Source of the DNA: Planctomycetota bacterium
GTDB taxonomy: Bacteria > Planctomycetota > JAJSAM01
Assembly (NCBI GenBank): GCA_024274785.1
Contig: JAJSAM010000071.1
Span: 24,733-88,732, forward strand
Length of the DNA stretch: 64,000 bases
Direction: 5' to 3'
Shown piece by piece: positions 28,172 through 37,855 of this stretch. The translations under genes were made by a program, and so were the position numbers. Position 1 is the stretch's first letter. The number at the start of each line of letters is the position of its first letter. The notes beneath the pieces are model-generated. The model was not told the origin of the DNA. It made no database searches and saw only the letters and a program-made list of their open reading frames with translations.

Positions 28172-29895
28172 TGGCCAGGGTACTTCTGCAATCGATCGGT
28201 TCTCCCCTCGAGGAGATCATGACCGCGAAAGCAGCGAAAGCGAACCGAACGGCCATGGCCGGCTCGGCAGCCCCGGTGGTCGATGGCCGCGTCTTCGTGA
28301 AGGGCGGCTGGGGCGAGGAGTATGTCGCCCGCGTGCACAAGAAGGGCAAGCTCACCGCCTGGGAGCGGATCGAGCGACTGAAGGATCCGGGCAGCAACGT
28401 GTTGCCGGTGAGCACGTTCGTCAATCACGGGGTGGAGTTCGAGGGCGGGAAGCAGTGTCCGGGCGCGGGAGTCGTCACCTGCTTCGTCAAGGTCCACGAG
28501 CGCTGGACGGTGGTGATCGCCAACGACAATACGGTGGCTTCCGGGGCGTGGTGGCCACTCACGCCGGAGAAGATCGAACGGGCCCAGGAGATCGCCAGGA
28601 GGCTCAGGCTGCCGGTGGTCTACCTCGTGGACTGCAGCGGTCTGTTTCTGCCGGAGCAGTCCCGCAGTTTTCCGGGCCCGGTGGGGGCGGGGCACATCTT
28701 CAAGATGAACAGCCTGCTCTCCGCGGAGCACGTGCCCCAGATTGCCGGCGTCTTCGGTGATTGCATCGCCGGCGGCGGGTACATGCCGATTATTTCCGAC
28801 CGGGTGTACATGACCGAGCAGGCCTACATGGTCATCGCCGGCGCGGCTCTCATCAAGGGCGCCAAGTCGCAGAAGATCACATCGCTCATGATCGGCGGCC
28901 CCGACATCCACGTGCACCTCAGCAACTGCGCGGACTTCCGGGGCCCCGACGACGAAACCGTGCTCGACATGATTCGCCGGGACGTGTCGCTGCTACCCTC
29001 CACCGCGATCGAGTACTACAAGTACGGCGGCGACACCGCGGAACCGCTCTACCCGCCTGATGATCTCGACAGCCTCTTTCCGGCCGACTACCGGATGCCC
29101 TACGACACGCGCCAGCTGATCGCGAGGCTCGTGGACTCGAGCCTCTTCTGGGAGCTGATGAGCCACCGCGGCGAGGAGATGATCACCGGGGTGGCCCGGG
29201 TGGGGGGCCTCTACGCCGGGTTCATTGCCAACAACCAGTTCCTGATCGACCACCCCGACCTGCCGGACCAGAAGCGCCCCGGTGCGATCCTCTACAAGGA
29301 GGGGATCGCCAAGATCTCCCAGTTCTCCCGCGCTTGCGAATCCGACGGTATTCCGATCATCTGGCTGCAGGATATCTCCGGCTTCGACATCGGTGCGGAG
29401 GCGGAGAAGGAGGGGCTGCTCGGTTACGGCAGCAACCTGATCTACACGAACTCCACCAACCACGTGCCGATGATCACGGTGCTGTTGCGCAAGGCCTCCG
29501 GCGCCGGCTATTACGCCATGGCCGGGGCGCCCTACGATCCGGTGATCCAGCTTTCCACTCCGATCACCCGGCTCGCGGTGATGGAGGGTCGGACGCTCGC
29601 GATCGGTGCCTACCGAACCCGGCTCGACGACAACTTCGAGATCATCAGTGACGATCCCGAGGAGCGGGCGAAGGTCGAGGGGGGCATGAAGAAGGTGGAG
29701 GATCGCATCACCGCCGACATGAACCCCCTGCACTCCGCGGCGCTGATGGATACCGACGAGGTGGTGCTCATGGGCGAGTTGCGCGAGTACCTCCGGGCCA
29801 TGGTGGAGATGTGCTACCAGGGCACCGGGTATCGCCGCGTGAAGAACCCCCGGATCTGGTCGATGCATGATATTGCGGTGCTGACCGAGGATTGA
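28171..29895 (+). CDS. Acyl-CoA carboxylase carboxyltransferase subunit (divergent, MccB/AtuC-like)
   Basis: [45 protein letters not shown] and GAGYYAM motifs. Confidence 0.85.
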   Translation: MARVLLQSIGSPLEEIMTAKAAKANRTAMAGSAAPVVDGRVFVKGGWGEEYVARVHKKGKLTAWERIERLKDPGSNVLPVSTFVNHGVEFEGGKQCPGAGVVTCFVKVHERWTVVIANDNTVASGAWWPLTPEKIERAQEIARRLRLPVVYLVDCSGLFLPEQSRSFPGPVGAGHIFKMNSLLSAEHVPQIAGVFGDCIAGGGYMPIISDRVYMTEQAYMVIAGAALIKGAKSQKITSLMIGGPDIHVHLSNCADFRGPDDETVLDMIRRDVSLLPSTAIEYYKYGGDTAEPLYPPDDLDSLFPADYRMPYDTRQLIARLVDSSLFWELMSHRGEEMITGVARVGGLYAGFIANNQFLIDHPDLPDQKRPGAILYKEGIAKISQFSRACESDGIPIIWLQDISGFDIGAEAEKEGLLGYGSNLIYTNSTNHVPMITVLLRKASGAGYYAMAGAPYDPVIQLSTPITRLAVMEGRTLAIGAYRTRLDDNFEIISDDPEERAKVEGGMKKVEDRITADMNPLHSAALMDTDEVVLMGELREYLRAMVEMCYQGTGYRRVKNPRIWSMHDIAVLTED

Positions 29896-29898
29896 GCG

Positions 29899-30477
29899 AT
29901 GAAAGACACTATGGTTCTGATCCAGAGCGGAGACCACCTTCGGGCGCCCACCGTGGGCCGGTATCTTCACGCTCCGCCGGTGGGCACCTACCTCTCCCCC
30001 GGCGCACCGGCGGGCAGTCTGAAAGTGCTCCAGCGCGTCTTCGACCTCGTGGTTCCCGCCGGCGGTGGAGGCATCGTCAAGGAGGTCCTGGTGTTCGGCC
30101 GGGCGGTGCCGGTGGAGTATCGCCAGCCGATCCTCAAGCTGACACGCGAAGCGGATCAGATCGACTTCGGCGTCACCTGGGACACGGGCGTCACCGACTC
30201 ATCGGAGGAGGCCATCCCCGAAGGCATGTTCGCCCTGCGCGCTCCCACCGACGGCATCTTCTACCGCCGGCCGTCCCCGGACGAGCCCCTCTACGTCAAC
30301 GAGGGCGACACGGTCACCCGTGGCCAGGTTCTCGGCCTGGTGGAGGTGATGAAGTGCTTCAACCAGATCACGTACGGCGGCGACGGCCTGCCGGAGACGG
30401 CGAAGGTGCACCGCATCGTCTCCGAGGACTCCGGCGAGGTGAAGCTGAACCACCCGCTGTTCATTCTGAAACCGTAA
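29899..30477 (+). CDS. Biotin carboxyl carrier protein with two barrel-sandwich domains
   Basis: APTDGIFYRRPSP and VEVMKCFNQI (biotinyl-Lys); N-terminal degenerate copy APTVG..LKVL..VEYRQPI. Confidence 0.85.
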   Translation: MKDTMVLIQSGDHLRAPTVGRYLHAPPVGTYLSPGAPAGSLKVLQRVFDLVVPAGGGGIVKEVLVFGRAVPVEYRQPILKLTREADQIDFGVTWDTGVTDSSEEAIPEGMFALRAPTDGIFYRRPSPDEPLYVNEGDTVTRGQVLGLVEVMKCFNQITYGGDGLPETAKVHRIVSEDSGEVKLNHPLFILKP

Positions 30478-30686
30478 GGGGAGGGGCCGGAAAGAGGGGG
30501 TGGAGCCCATTGACCTGCCGGTTGCGAACGCAGCGGTATGATGCGCGAAGCCGGCCACCACCATCCGCATCCCTGATCACACCTCGGCCCAGCCGTAATG
30601 GAGGGTCGACCTCCGGGCGACCGCGCCGGCTGTCCGGGAATGTCACGCGGGTGCTGCGAGCGCTGCGAAGAATTCGAACGTCAGTA

Positions 30687-32390
30687 CTACAGCCCGGACA
30701 GGAAGAACGCGAAGCGCTCCTCCAGATCGCGGCGCAGGCCGATCGAGGCGAAATCGGAGATGGAGTCCTCGGTAGAATCGACCGCAAAGTCCATGCTCGC
30801 GGTGAAGGCTCCGAGGATGCTGCGGCGTTCCCGGTCGAAGAGGGCATCGATCGAGGAGTCTCCGTCATCCGATCGAACCAGCATCACGAAGAGCGTGAGC
30901 TTCGGCGTGCCGTGATGTTCCCGGTACCAGTTCTCCCCCGGTCGCGGGAAGACGAGCGGGACCACCTCGCCGCCCACCCCGAGCTTCCGCAGGTGTTCGG
31001 CGAGCCGGGGGGATGCCTTCAACCGATCGAGGATCTCCTGAGCGAAGGCCGGATCCCGGCGGGTGCGGTAGATCGGCGCCTTCACGAGCACGAGACGCGT
31101 CGAGGCGTTGGCGCCGGGAACCATCGGCACATCTGCCGCCGCACCACCTTCGGTCATCTGCTCGAGCACCTGCCTCGTCACAAATGCGAAGCGGTCTTCG
31201 CCCGGGAACCTCGGGCCGGGCCGGATGAACTCGCCGGCCACGATCTCCTCGCCCTTCGGACGTCCGAGGTCCACCTGCGCCTGGCAGGCGCCCTGGATCC
31301 TGCGCTTCGCCGGATCGGCGACGGCGGCCTCGACCGATGCGCCGGCTACCCTGCTCATGCGGAAGAGGAAGAGGGTGGCGCGGTCCGTCCCGAAGGGGTC
31401 GGGAGCCGGGCCACGGTTTTGCTGTTCCCGCGCACCTGGATTCCCGGCCTTACGATCGAAGGGCAGCCCGAATACGACGGCCACGTCGGCACCGGGCTTC
31501 TCGAGGAACGCGAGAAACGGCGCGAGACGCGCGGAGTCGCGCAGCCGGAGAACGACGCGCTCGGCAAAGCCTGGTGCGGCGGCGGCGCGGTAGGGGCCTC
31601 GGATCGCGACGATGCGGCCATCGGTCACGTACGGCAATCCGCCGGCAGTTCCGGCCTGAAGATCGACATCGGGCCGCGCCGGTTGATCGGCGAGTTCGAG
31701 TTCCGTATCGAGATACGGCACCACCAGCGTGGCCTTTTTCACCGCTCGGATCAGCCCCATCGATCCGACACAGAGCGCCGCCGCGAGAACGACCGTTCCA
31801 ACGAACCGCAACCACGCCGGGACTCCCACATCCCAGAGGCGCGCGGAGATACCGCGCAGGTGGCGATCACCCGGAATGATGAACGAGGTGCGTGCCCGAT
31901 AGAGTTCGTACTCCTCGCCGAAGAGAGCAATGCACTTGCGCTCTTCGAGTTTCGTCAGGTGGTAGTAGAGGAGCATCATCGCGAACGCCGCAACGAAGGC
32001 GATGGCGCGGCCCCAGGTGAGCAGGATGCCGAGGGAGAAGAAAGTCAGCGCGATGTACTGGGGGTGGCGGACGATCCGGTACAGCCCGGTTCTGACGAGT
32101 CCGGTCTTCCTGAATTTTGCCGTGTAGATCTGTGCCGCGCCCACGAAAAACAGCAGTAGGCCGATCAACGAAAGCAATGGCCCGAACAGCCCGATGGTCA
32201 TCACCGGGAAGACGAAGTGGGTGAGCCAGGCGGTGGACGGGTTCGCCGAGAGCGACTGGATGTTCAGCACCGAACCGTAGAGGAAGCCCGCAAAGGGCAG
32301 CAGCATCCAGATCGGTTCGAGGATGAGAAAGGCGGCGAGGATCTTCAGGAGCACGCGTCCGAGCTTCTTCAACACCTCTGGCGCTTTCAT
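30687..32390 (-). CDS. ICMT/PEMT-type membrane methyltransferase fused to a duplicated soluble domain
   Basis: Multi-TM N-terminus with LVRTGLYRIVRHPQY and EERK...FGEEY..Y...T..IIP. Confidence 0.78.
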   Translation of the reverse strand: MKAPEVLKKLGRVLLKILAAFLILEPIWMLLPFAGFLYGSVLNIQSLSANPSTAWLTHFVFPVMTIGLFGPLLSLIGLLLFFVGAAQIYTAKFRKTGLVRTGLYRIVRHPQYIALTFFSLGILLTWGRAIAFVAAFAMMLLYYHLTKLEERKCIALFGEEYELYRARTSFIIPGDRHLRGISARLWDVGVPAWLRFVGTVVLAAALCVGSMGLIRAVKKATLVVPYLDTELELADQPARPDVDLQAGTAGGLPYVTDGRIVAIRGPYRAAAAPGFAERVVLRLRDSARLAPFLAFLEKPGADVAVVFGLPFDRKAGNPGAREQQNRGPAPDPFGTDRATLFLFRMSRVAGASVEAAVADPAKRRIQGACQAQVDLGRPKGEEIVAGEFIRPGPRFPGEDRFAFVTRQVLEQMTEGGAAADVPMVPGANASTRLVLVKAPIYRTRRDPAFAQEILDRLKASPRLAEHLRKLGVGGEVVPLVFPRPGENWYREHHGTPKLTLFVMLVRSDDGDSSIDALFDRERRSILGAFTASMDFAVDSTEDSISDFASIGLRRDLEERFAFFLSGL

Positions 32391-33073
32391 CCGTTCGTCT
32401 CCGCTTTGGTCGCGATCCAGATCGTGTGGCGGGCCCCGCGTCGTCGTCGACCGGGACGAACCCTGGTGATTTCGACGGTGAAACCCTCTGTTTCGAGGCG
32501 CGCGGTGAACTCCTCGTCGGGGGTCGCGGACCACACCGCGAGGATCCCGCCGGGCCGGAGTGCGTTCCGGGTCGCGGCCAGGCCATTCCGGGAGTACAGG
32601 CGGTCGTTCGGTTTCCTGGTGAGCCCCTCGGGCCCGTTATCGACATCCAGTAGAATCGCGTCGAAGGATGTTCCGGCCCGGCCAATCACGTGAGCGACAT
32701 CCGCGATGGTGACGGTGACTCTCGGGTCGTCGAGCGGCCGCCCGGCCACCGGGGCAAGATACTCCCGGTGCCAATCGACGACGACGGAAATCAACTCCAC
32801 CACGTCGATGGATCCGTCCGGTGGGAGGTCGGCCAGCGCGGCGGCCACGGTGAACCCGATACCGAGGCCGCCGACCAGAACCCTCGCCGCCGGTCGGCCG
32901 GAGATCTTCTCCATGGCGAGGTGCGCCAGCTCGTCCTCGGAGCCATGGACGCGGCTGTTCATCAACTCGAAGCCCGCCACCCGGATCGAGTACTCGGCGT
33001 CTCGCCGGAAGAGGCGGATCTCGCCGCCGCTTCCGGGAATCCGGGCGGTATCGATCAACTCCCAGGGTTTCAT
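32387..33073 (-). CDS. Spermidine synthase-like SAM-dependent methyltransferase
   Basis: ELMNSRVHGSE, VLVGGLGIGFT, FDAILLDVDNGP and LAVWS motifs; ATGA overlap with the upstream gene. Confidence 0.85.
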   Translation of the reverse strand: MKPWELIDTARIPGSGGEIRLFRRDAEYSIRVAGFELMNSRVHGSEDELAHLAMEKISGRPAARVLVGGLGIGFTVAAALADLPPDGSIDVVELISVVVDWHREYLAPVAGRPLDDPRVTVTIADVAHVIGRAGTSFDAILLDVDNGPEGLTRKPNDRLYSRNGLAATRNALRPGGILAVWSATPDEEFTARLETEGFTVEITRVRPGRRRRGARHTIWIATKAETNG

Positions 33074-35862
33074 TTCCGCCACACATACCGGCCGCTGTTC
33101 TGTGCGGCCAACTCCTTCATCAACGGTGAATCAAAGCCCACCGCGATGCAGTGGATGGCGATCCTTCTGGTGCGATTGATTTTTCTGACTTCCCGGAGGA
33201 TGTCCTCCTGCTGCACAAACTTCCCGGAGCCCGGCGAGCCGTCGGAGAGGAGGTAGATCGTGTCCACGCCCCTGGTCAGCAGTGCCATCTCCAGTCCGTC
33301 GTAAAGGTTCGTCCCTCCCATGGGCCGCCTGGACAACAGGTGTTTCTTCAGCGCGCCGCGGGTGTTCGCATTCACTTTCACCAGTTGCTTTTGCCAGGGG
33401 TGGATCCTCGTCTCGAAGAGGATCACGTTGAGTCGGGCGTTCTTGCCGAGTGACCTGACGACCTTGAGGGTCTGCTCCACCGCGACCTGGAGGTTGGTCC
33501 TGCCTCCGGAGAGTGAACTCATCGAACCCGACTGGTCGATCACGAAGATCATCCGGTCGGTCTCCACCGGGACGCCGTAGAAGCTCGCCACGCTCCGGCC
33601 GCTGTGGTCGTCGGGCTTGATCTCCGGGATCTTTTCCGGGACCTCGAAGTCCTCCCCGTGTTCTTTCCACCAACGCTCCCACAGCTCGACGATGTCGTAG
33701 AAGTTCCGGCCGGTGGTGCGAAACAGGGTGTTGGCGATCGCCGCGACGATCCGTGGAACCTCCTCCTTCGAAAGTCTCCTGATCAGCGGCAACACCGCTC
33801 GGCGGACGCGGACCTTTCCCAGTCCCTCCACCGCGGTCAGGCGGACCTGCCAGGCCTTGTCATCGATGTGATCGAGCAACAGGTCCGCGGCGACCTCGCC
33901 CCCGGCTTTCCCGGCTGCGGAGATCGCTACCACCCGCACCTCGAAGTCCCGCGAGCGGAGCGCCTTCTCGAAGAAGCGCCGCACTTTCGGGCTGTCCAGG
34001 CCGAAGGCCGCCAGGGCGTCGAGCGCCGCGGCGAAGGCGAGGGGATCGTCCTTTGTGCCTTCCGCCGCTTTCACGATCTTCGCGTCCGCTCCCGGAGGGC
34101 GATGCACGCCGAGCGCGCGAATGATCGCGGTGAGCACCTTCGTGTCCTTTTCCGACCGCAGGCGGGTGAGGAGAGCCCTGGTCGTCTGGTCGGTCCGGAT
34201 CGTGGTGAGCACCTCCGCGGCCAGCGTGCGCTGCGGCGGGGTTCCCGTGGCGAGACGGTCGCAGAACACGTTGATCGATGCCTGATTGCGGACCGGAGAG
34301 AGCAGCTTCACCGCCGCAAGGTGTTCGGTCGCGTCCAGGCCGGCCGCCGCGGCGAAGATCTCGACCACCGCGGCGGGGTCGTTTTGCGTCGCGAGGAGCC
34401 GGACGGCAGCCAGCCGGACCTTGCCGTCGCGGTCCTTCAGGGCCGCCGCGCCGAGATCGATCGATTCCGGCAAGCCGAGCATCAGGGCATGCTGGAGCCC
34501 GAGGGCCCTCATCCGGGGATACGATGACACCGCCGCGCCGATGACCATCACCGCGGGTGGGGGACCGGTGCGATAGCGTGAGGCGATCTGGTAGGCCTGG
34601 TAGCGGAAGTTCTCCCGGGGGTCTTCGGTGGCGAATTCCTCGAGCAGGGCCAGGCCCTCTCTGCTCCCGAGGTAGGCCAGGTTCCGTCCGGCGTCCGCAA
34701 AGATCGATTCCTCACTGGTGCTCTTCAGGATCTGAAGCAGGAGCGCCTCGCGGTCCGGGGCGTCCATGCCGTGCAGGGCGGCAAACGCGGCCATGCGCAC
34801 GGCGACGGGGCCGGATCCCCGGGCGAACTCGAAGATCGCCGCCGAGTACGGACGGTAGCAGAGGTATCCGGTGGCCCGGAGCGCGTTCGACCTGATGTTG
34901 ATGTCGGGGTCGCTCTTCGCGAGGCCGACCAGGAACCGGAACGCCTCCCGCGTCCGGGTCTTGCCGATGTCCGCGATGACCTTGTTGCGGCTCGTCGAGA
35001 CGCCCGTCCCGGCGGCGCGGTCCTTGTCCTCCGCCTGCGCGTACTGCTTCTTCAACTCCGCGAACGTCGCGACATGGCCGGTGACTCTCCTCCCGGCGGC
35101 GACGGTGTTGATCCGGGGCCAGGACGCCTCATCGGGAGCCGGGGTCCGGGCGGCGGCCTCGAACGTGACCTCTCCGTGTCTCGAGAGCCTGGCGATGAAC
35201 CCGAAGTTGCCGAGGCGGAAAGGCTTGCCCGGCTCGATCATCTCGTGACCGGAACTCGAGGCCCGGACCTCGGTGTCGCCGTCGAGATCGAGGTAGAGCC
35301 GGTCCTGCTCCGGGGTTTCGAACAACAGGTCGTGATCGCCGTCGCTGAGCACCACCTTGCGGATCCGCCCCGCGAGCACGACCTCGCCCTCCTTTCGCAC
35401 CGGCACCGCGAGATGCAGACAGTGGCTCGTCTTGCTCCTGTGATGGACGAAGCGGAGGGTGATCTTTCGCGGGGCGCCCATCGGGTCGAGCGGGACTTCC
35501 ACCTCGATGAGCGCCTCCCAGGCCGTCCCGGAGCCGACTTGCGTCAGGTAAAACGGCTCCTCGTTGGCCAGATCGCCGTCGAAATCGCGATCGACGCGGA
35601 TCCATGCGGGCTCCGGGCGAAACCGGACCGCGAGCAGCAATTCCCGGCCCTCCCCGAAGTTGCGTTTGACGAATCGGGCGTCCTCCATGCCCTCGGGAAT
35701 GGTCAGCCCCTCGGGCGGCTCTTCTTCCGGGGAGATCGACACGAGAGGGTAGCGCGCCGGATCGCCGATCTCGAAGGCTAGTTTCGCGGTGACTTCGTCG
35801 CCGGCGAAGACCGGGAATTGTGTGAGCCAGAGCGTCAGCAGCAGGATCGGAAGACTTCTCAT
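33070..35862 (-). CDS. Secreted HEAT-repeat + vWA domain protein
   Basis: Signal peptide; many HEAT repeats; vWA MIDAS FVIDQSGSM, GGTNLYDGL and LLSDG. Confidence 0.85.
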   Translation of the reverse strand: MRSLPILLLTLWLTQFPVFAGDEVTAKLAFEIGDPARYPLVSISPEEEPPEGLTIPEGMEDARFVKRNFGEGRELLLAVRFRPEPAWIRVDRDFDGDLANEEPFYLTQVGSGTAWEALIEVEVPLDPMGAPRKITLRFVHHRSKTSHCLHLAVPVRKEGEVVLAGRIRKVVLSDGDHDLLFETPEQDRLYLDLDGDTEVRASSSGHEMIEPGKPFRLGNFGFIARLSRHGEVTFEAAARTPAPDEASWPRINTVAAGRRVTGHVATFAELKKQYAQAEDKDRAAGTGVSTSRNKVIADIGKTRTREAFRFLVGLAKSDPDINIRSNALRATGYLCYRPYSAAIFEFARGSGPVAVRMAAFAALHGMDAPDREALLLQILKSTSEESIFADAGRNLAYLGSREGLALLEEFATEDPRENFRYQAYQIASRYRTGPPPAVMVIGAAVSSYPRMRALGLQHALMLGLPESIDLGAAALKDRDGKVRLAAVRLLATQNDPAAVVEIFAAAAGLDATEHLAAVKLLSPVRNQASINVFCDRLATGTPPQRTLAAEVLTTIRTDQTTRALLTRLRSEKDTKVLTAIIRALGVHRPPGADAKIVKAAEGTKDDPLAFAAALDALAAFGLDSPKVRRFFEKALRSRDFEVRVVAISAAGKAGGEVAADLLLDHIDDKAWQVRLTAVEGLGKVRVRRAVLPLIRRLSKEEVPRIVAAIANTLFRTTGRNFYDIVELWERWWKEHGEDFEVPEKIPEIKPDDHSGRSVASFYGVPVETDRMIFVIDQSGSMSSLSGGRTNLQVAVEQTLKVVRSLGKNARLNVILFETRIHPWQKQLVKVNANTRGALKKHLLSRRPMGGTNLYDGLEMALLTRGVDTIYLLSDGSPGSGKFVQQEDILREVRKINRTRRIAIHCIAVGFDSPLMKELAAQNSGRYVWRK

Positions 35863-35941
35863 TCGCAAGCTCCATGCGGGTTCTGCATGGTAGTCGAGAT
35901 GGTGGGATCGATCCATGGGGATGGGGGCATCTACCGGTTTA

Positions 35942-36073
35942 GGGCCCGCGCAAGAATAACTTCGGGATCCGAGGGCTGCTGCATCCCGCCCAGCCGCGTT
36001 GCGCCGTCCTCGCGCCTTGCTGGGCGGGCGCATCAGCGCTCTCGGTCCTGCGAACTTATTCTTGCGCGGCCCC
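35942..36073. mobile_element. MITE family copy 2 with TTA target-site duplication
   Basis: tta-GGGCCCGCGCAAGAATAA...TTATTCTTGCGCGGCCCC-tta; has an internal deletion relative to the 60937 copy. Confidence 0.85.
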
Positions 36074-37829
36074 TTAGTCGCGCCAGGCCGGCGGCGGCCA
36101 CAGCGTTCCTGGTCCGGTCGGGCAGGGCTTCCCACGATCTGCGGTAGTGCCCGACGGCGAGGGGAAGATTCCCGATCGCCTCGGCCTCGGCCGCGGCCCG
36201 GTTCCAAAGTGTGGCGATCGCCGGCGTGAGATCGCCGCCACTCTCGTAGCCCACCTCCTTCGCCTTCGCCAGGTTCTTTGCGGCGGAGGCGTATTGGCCG
36301 AGTTCCTGGCAGGCGAGGGCGGCGTTGTACCAGGCCGACGGGGCGAGTTGCTCTTTGTCCGCGGAGATCCGGAGCGCCTGGTCGGCGGCCTCGAGTGCCT
36401 CTTCGGGACGCCCGAGAAGCATCAGCGCATTCGCTTTCATCGACAGCGCACGGCTCCCGAGGAGGTCCGGCGGCATTCCGATCTCGTCCCGGTACAGCCC
36501 GATGAGTTGATCCGTCCGGCGGATCACCGCTTCGGCGTGCCGCCGCACCGCCGCGGCCTGTTCGCGTTTTCGGCCGAGGGGAGCCGACCGGAGCTTCTTC
36601 TGCGCCTCATGCGCGGCCAGCAAGTCCTTCGAAATGAGCTGGGACAGTCCCCGGGGGGTGGCGGCCCTGGCATTGGTGGCGCCCCAGAGCGCCTCCATGC
36701 TCCGCCAGTCGTAGCAGCGGTGAAACGTGAGCAGGAAGAAGCAGGCGAACACCACGGCGACCAGTCGGGGCTTGAGACGGGCCAACCACGGCGAGACGAG
36801 GATCATCACCCCGACGGCCGGGACGTAGAGGAACCGCTCGGCGGTGGGGATGCCCACCTTGATCATGAGGTTGCTGACCGGGAACAGGGCGATGAAGAAG
36901 AACGCCAGGGCGAGCCGCGAGCGTGCCCCTCCCCGGATGGCGGCGGCAAGGAGCGCAACCAGCACCGCGATCGACACCGCGCTCCCGACGTCGATTCCGC
37001 CCAGGGCCGGCACGTGGTAGTCGATCAGGAGATCAACCGGAAACAGCAGCCGGTGCAGGTAGAGCAGATAGCCCTTCGACATGGTGAGCAGGTTCGCCCC
37101 GTAGCTGCCGCCCCACCATCTCGAGAGGTGCCCCGGCATCTGGATGAACTCCGGGGATGGCATGATGAGGTTCCACAGCACGACATAGCAAAGCGCGATC
37201 GCGGTGTAGACCCCGTACCATCCGTACCGGCGCTTCTCGCCACGATACAGATCGACGACCACCGCCAGACCGACGAACACGACCGCCGACTCCTTGGAAA
37301 GGAGGGCGATCACCAGGATGATCGCGGCCGCGACCCGCTTTCCCCGGAGATGTGCGAGCAGGGCGAGCATGAGGAAGACGAGGACCAGCACGTCCCCACG
37401 GCTGGTGATCCAGGCGACGGATTCCGTATGCACCGGATGGAGGGCGAAAAGCACGGCGCCCGGGAATCCCGCGCGAGTCGCAAAGGACTTGCCCCGCTGC
37501 GCGAACAGCTCCATCAGCACCAGCATCAGGAGTACCGAGCCGAGGGCGTGATAAAGGACGTTGCGCAAGTGGAAGAACCACGGCTTCCCGCCGGAGATCG
37601 CCCAGTCGATCGCGAAGTCGAGGGTTCGAAGTGGCCGGTAGATGCCCTTCCAGCCGACCGGGGCGAGGGTGGCCGGGTCGGTGAAGAAGGAGGCGATACT
37701 GCTCGGAGCCAGGCTCCGGATCGCTTCGTTGTCCTCGACGAAGCGGACGTCGTCATAGAGGAACTCGCCGGAGAGCGAGGGGTAGTAGGCGGCCAGGCAG
37801 AGGCCCAGGATCACCAACGCATGGCGCAC
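36033..37829 (-). CDS. TMTC-like GT-C membrane glycosyltransferase with C-terminal TPRs
   Basis: FLYDD, YRPLRTLDF, HPVHTESVAWITSR, LLSKES and AERFLYVP motifs; TPR tail; stop codon lies inside the MITE. Confidence 0.82.
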   Translation of the reverse strand: MRHALVILGLCLAAYYPSLSGEFLYDDVRFVEDNEAIRSLAPSSIASFFTDPATLAPVGWKGIYRPLRTLDFAIDWAISGGKPWFFHLRNVLYHALGSVLLMLVLMELFAQRGKSFATRAGFPGAVLFALHPVHTESVAWITSRGDVLVLVFLMLALLAHLRGKRVAAAIILVIALLSKESAVVFVGLAVVVDLYRGEKRRYGWYGVYTAIALCYVVLWNLIMPSPEFIQMPGHLSRWWGGSYGANLLTMSKGYLLYLHRLLFPVDLLIDYHVPALGGIDVGSAVSIAVLVALLAAAIRGGARSRLALAFFFIALFPVSNLMIKVGIPTAERFLYVPAVGVMILVSPWLARLKPRLVAVVFACFFLLTFHRCYDWRSMEALWGATNARAATPRGLSQLISKDLLAAHEAQKKLRSAPLGRKREQAAAVRRHAEAVIRRTDQLIGLYRDEIGMPPDLLGSRALSMKANALMLLGRPEEALEAADQALRISADKEQLAPSAWYNAALACQELGQYASAAKNLAKAKEVGYESGGDLTPAIATLWNRAAAEAEAIGNLPLAVGHYRRSWEALPDRTRNAVAAAGLARLRGRARISSQDRER

Positions 37830-37855
37830 GGTCCGACCCTGCTCGCGCGTCAGAC

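Noticed and set aside
30510-30542. TTGACC...TATGAT promoter
   Set aside because: The 21-nt spacer is too long and no credible + strand gene follows.
29892-32159. 755-aa + strand ORF and other long overlapping ORFs (e.g. 40057-42033, 44076-45797, 58732-60579)
   Set aside because: Off-frame or antisense shadows typical of high-GC DNA; recognisable genes occupy other frames.
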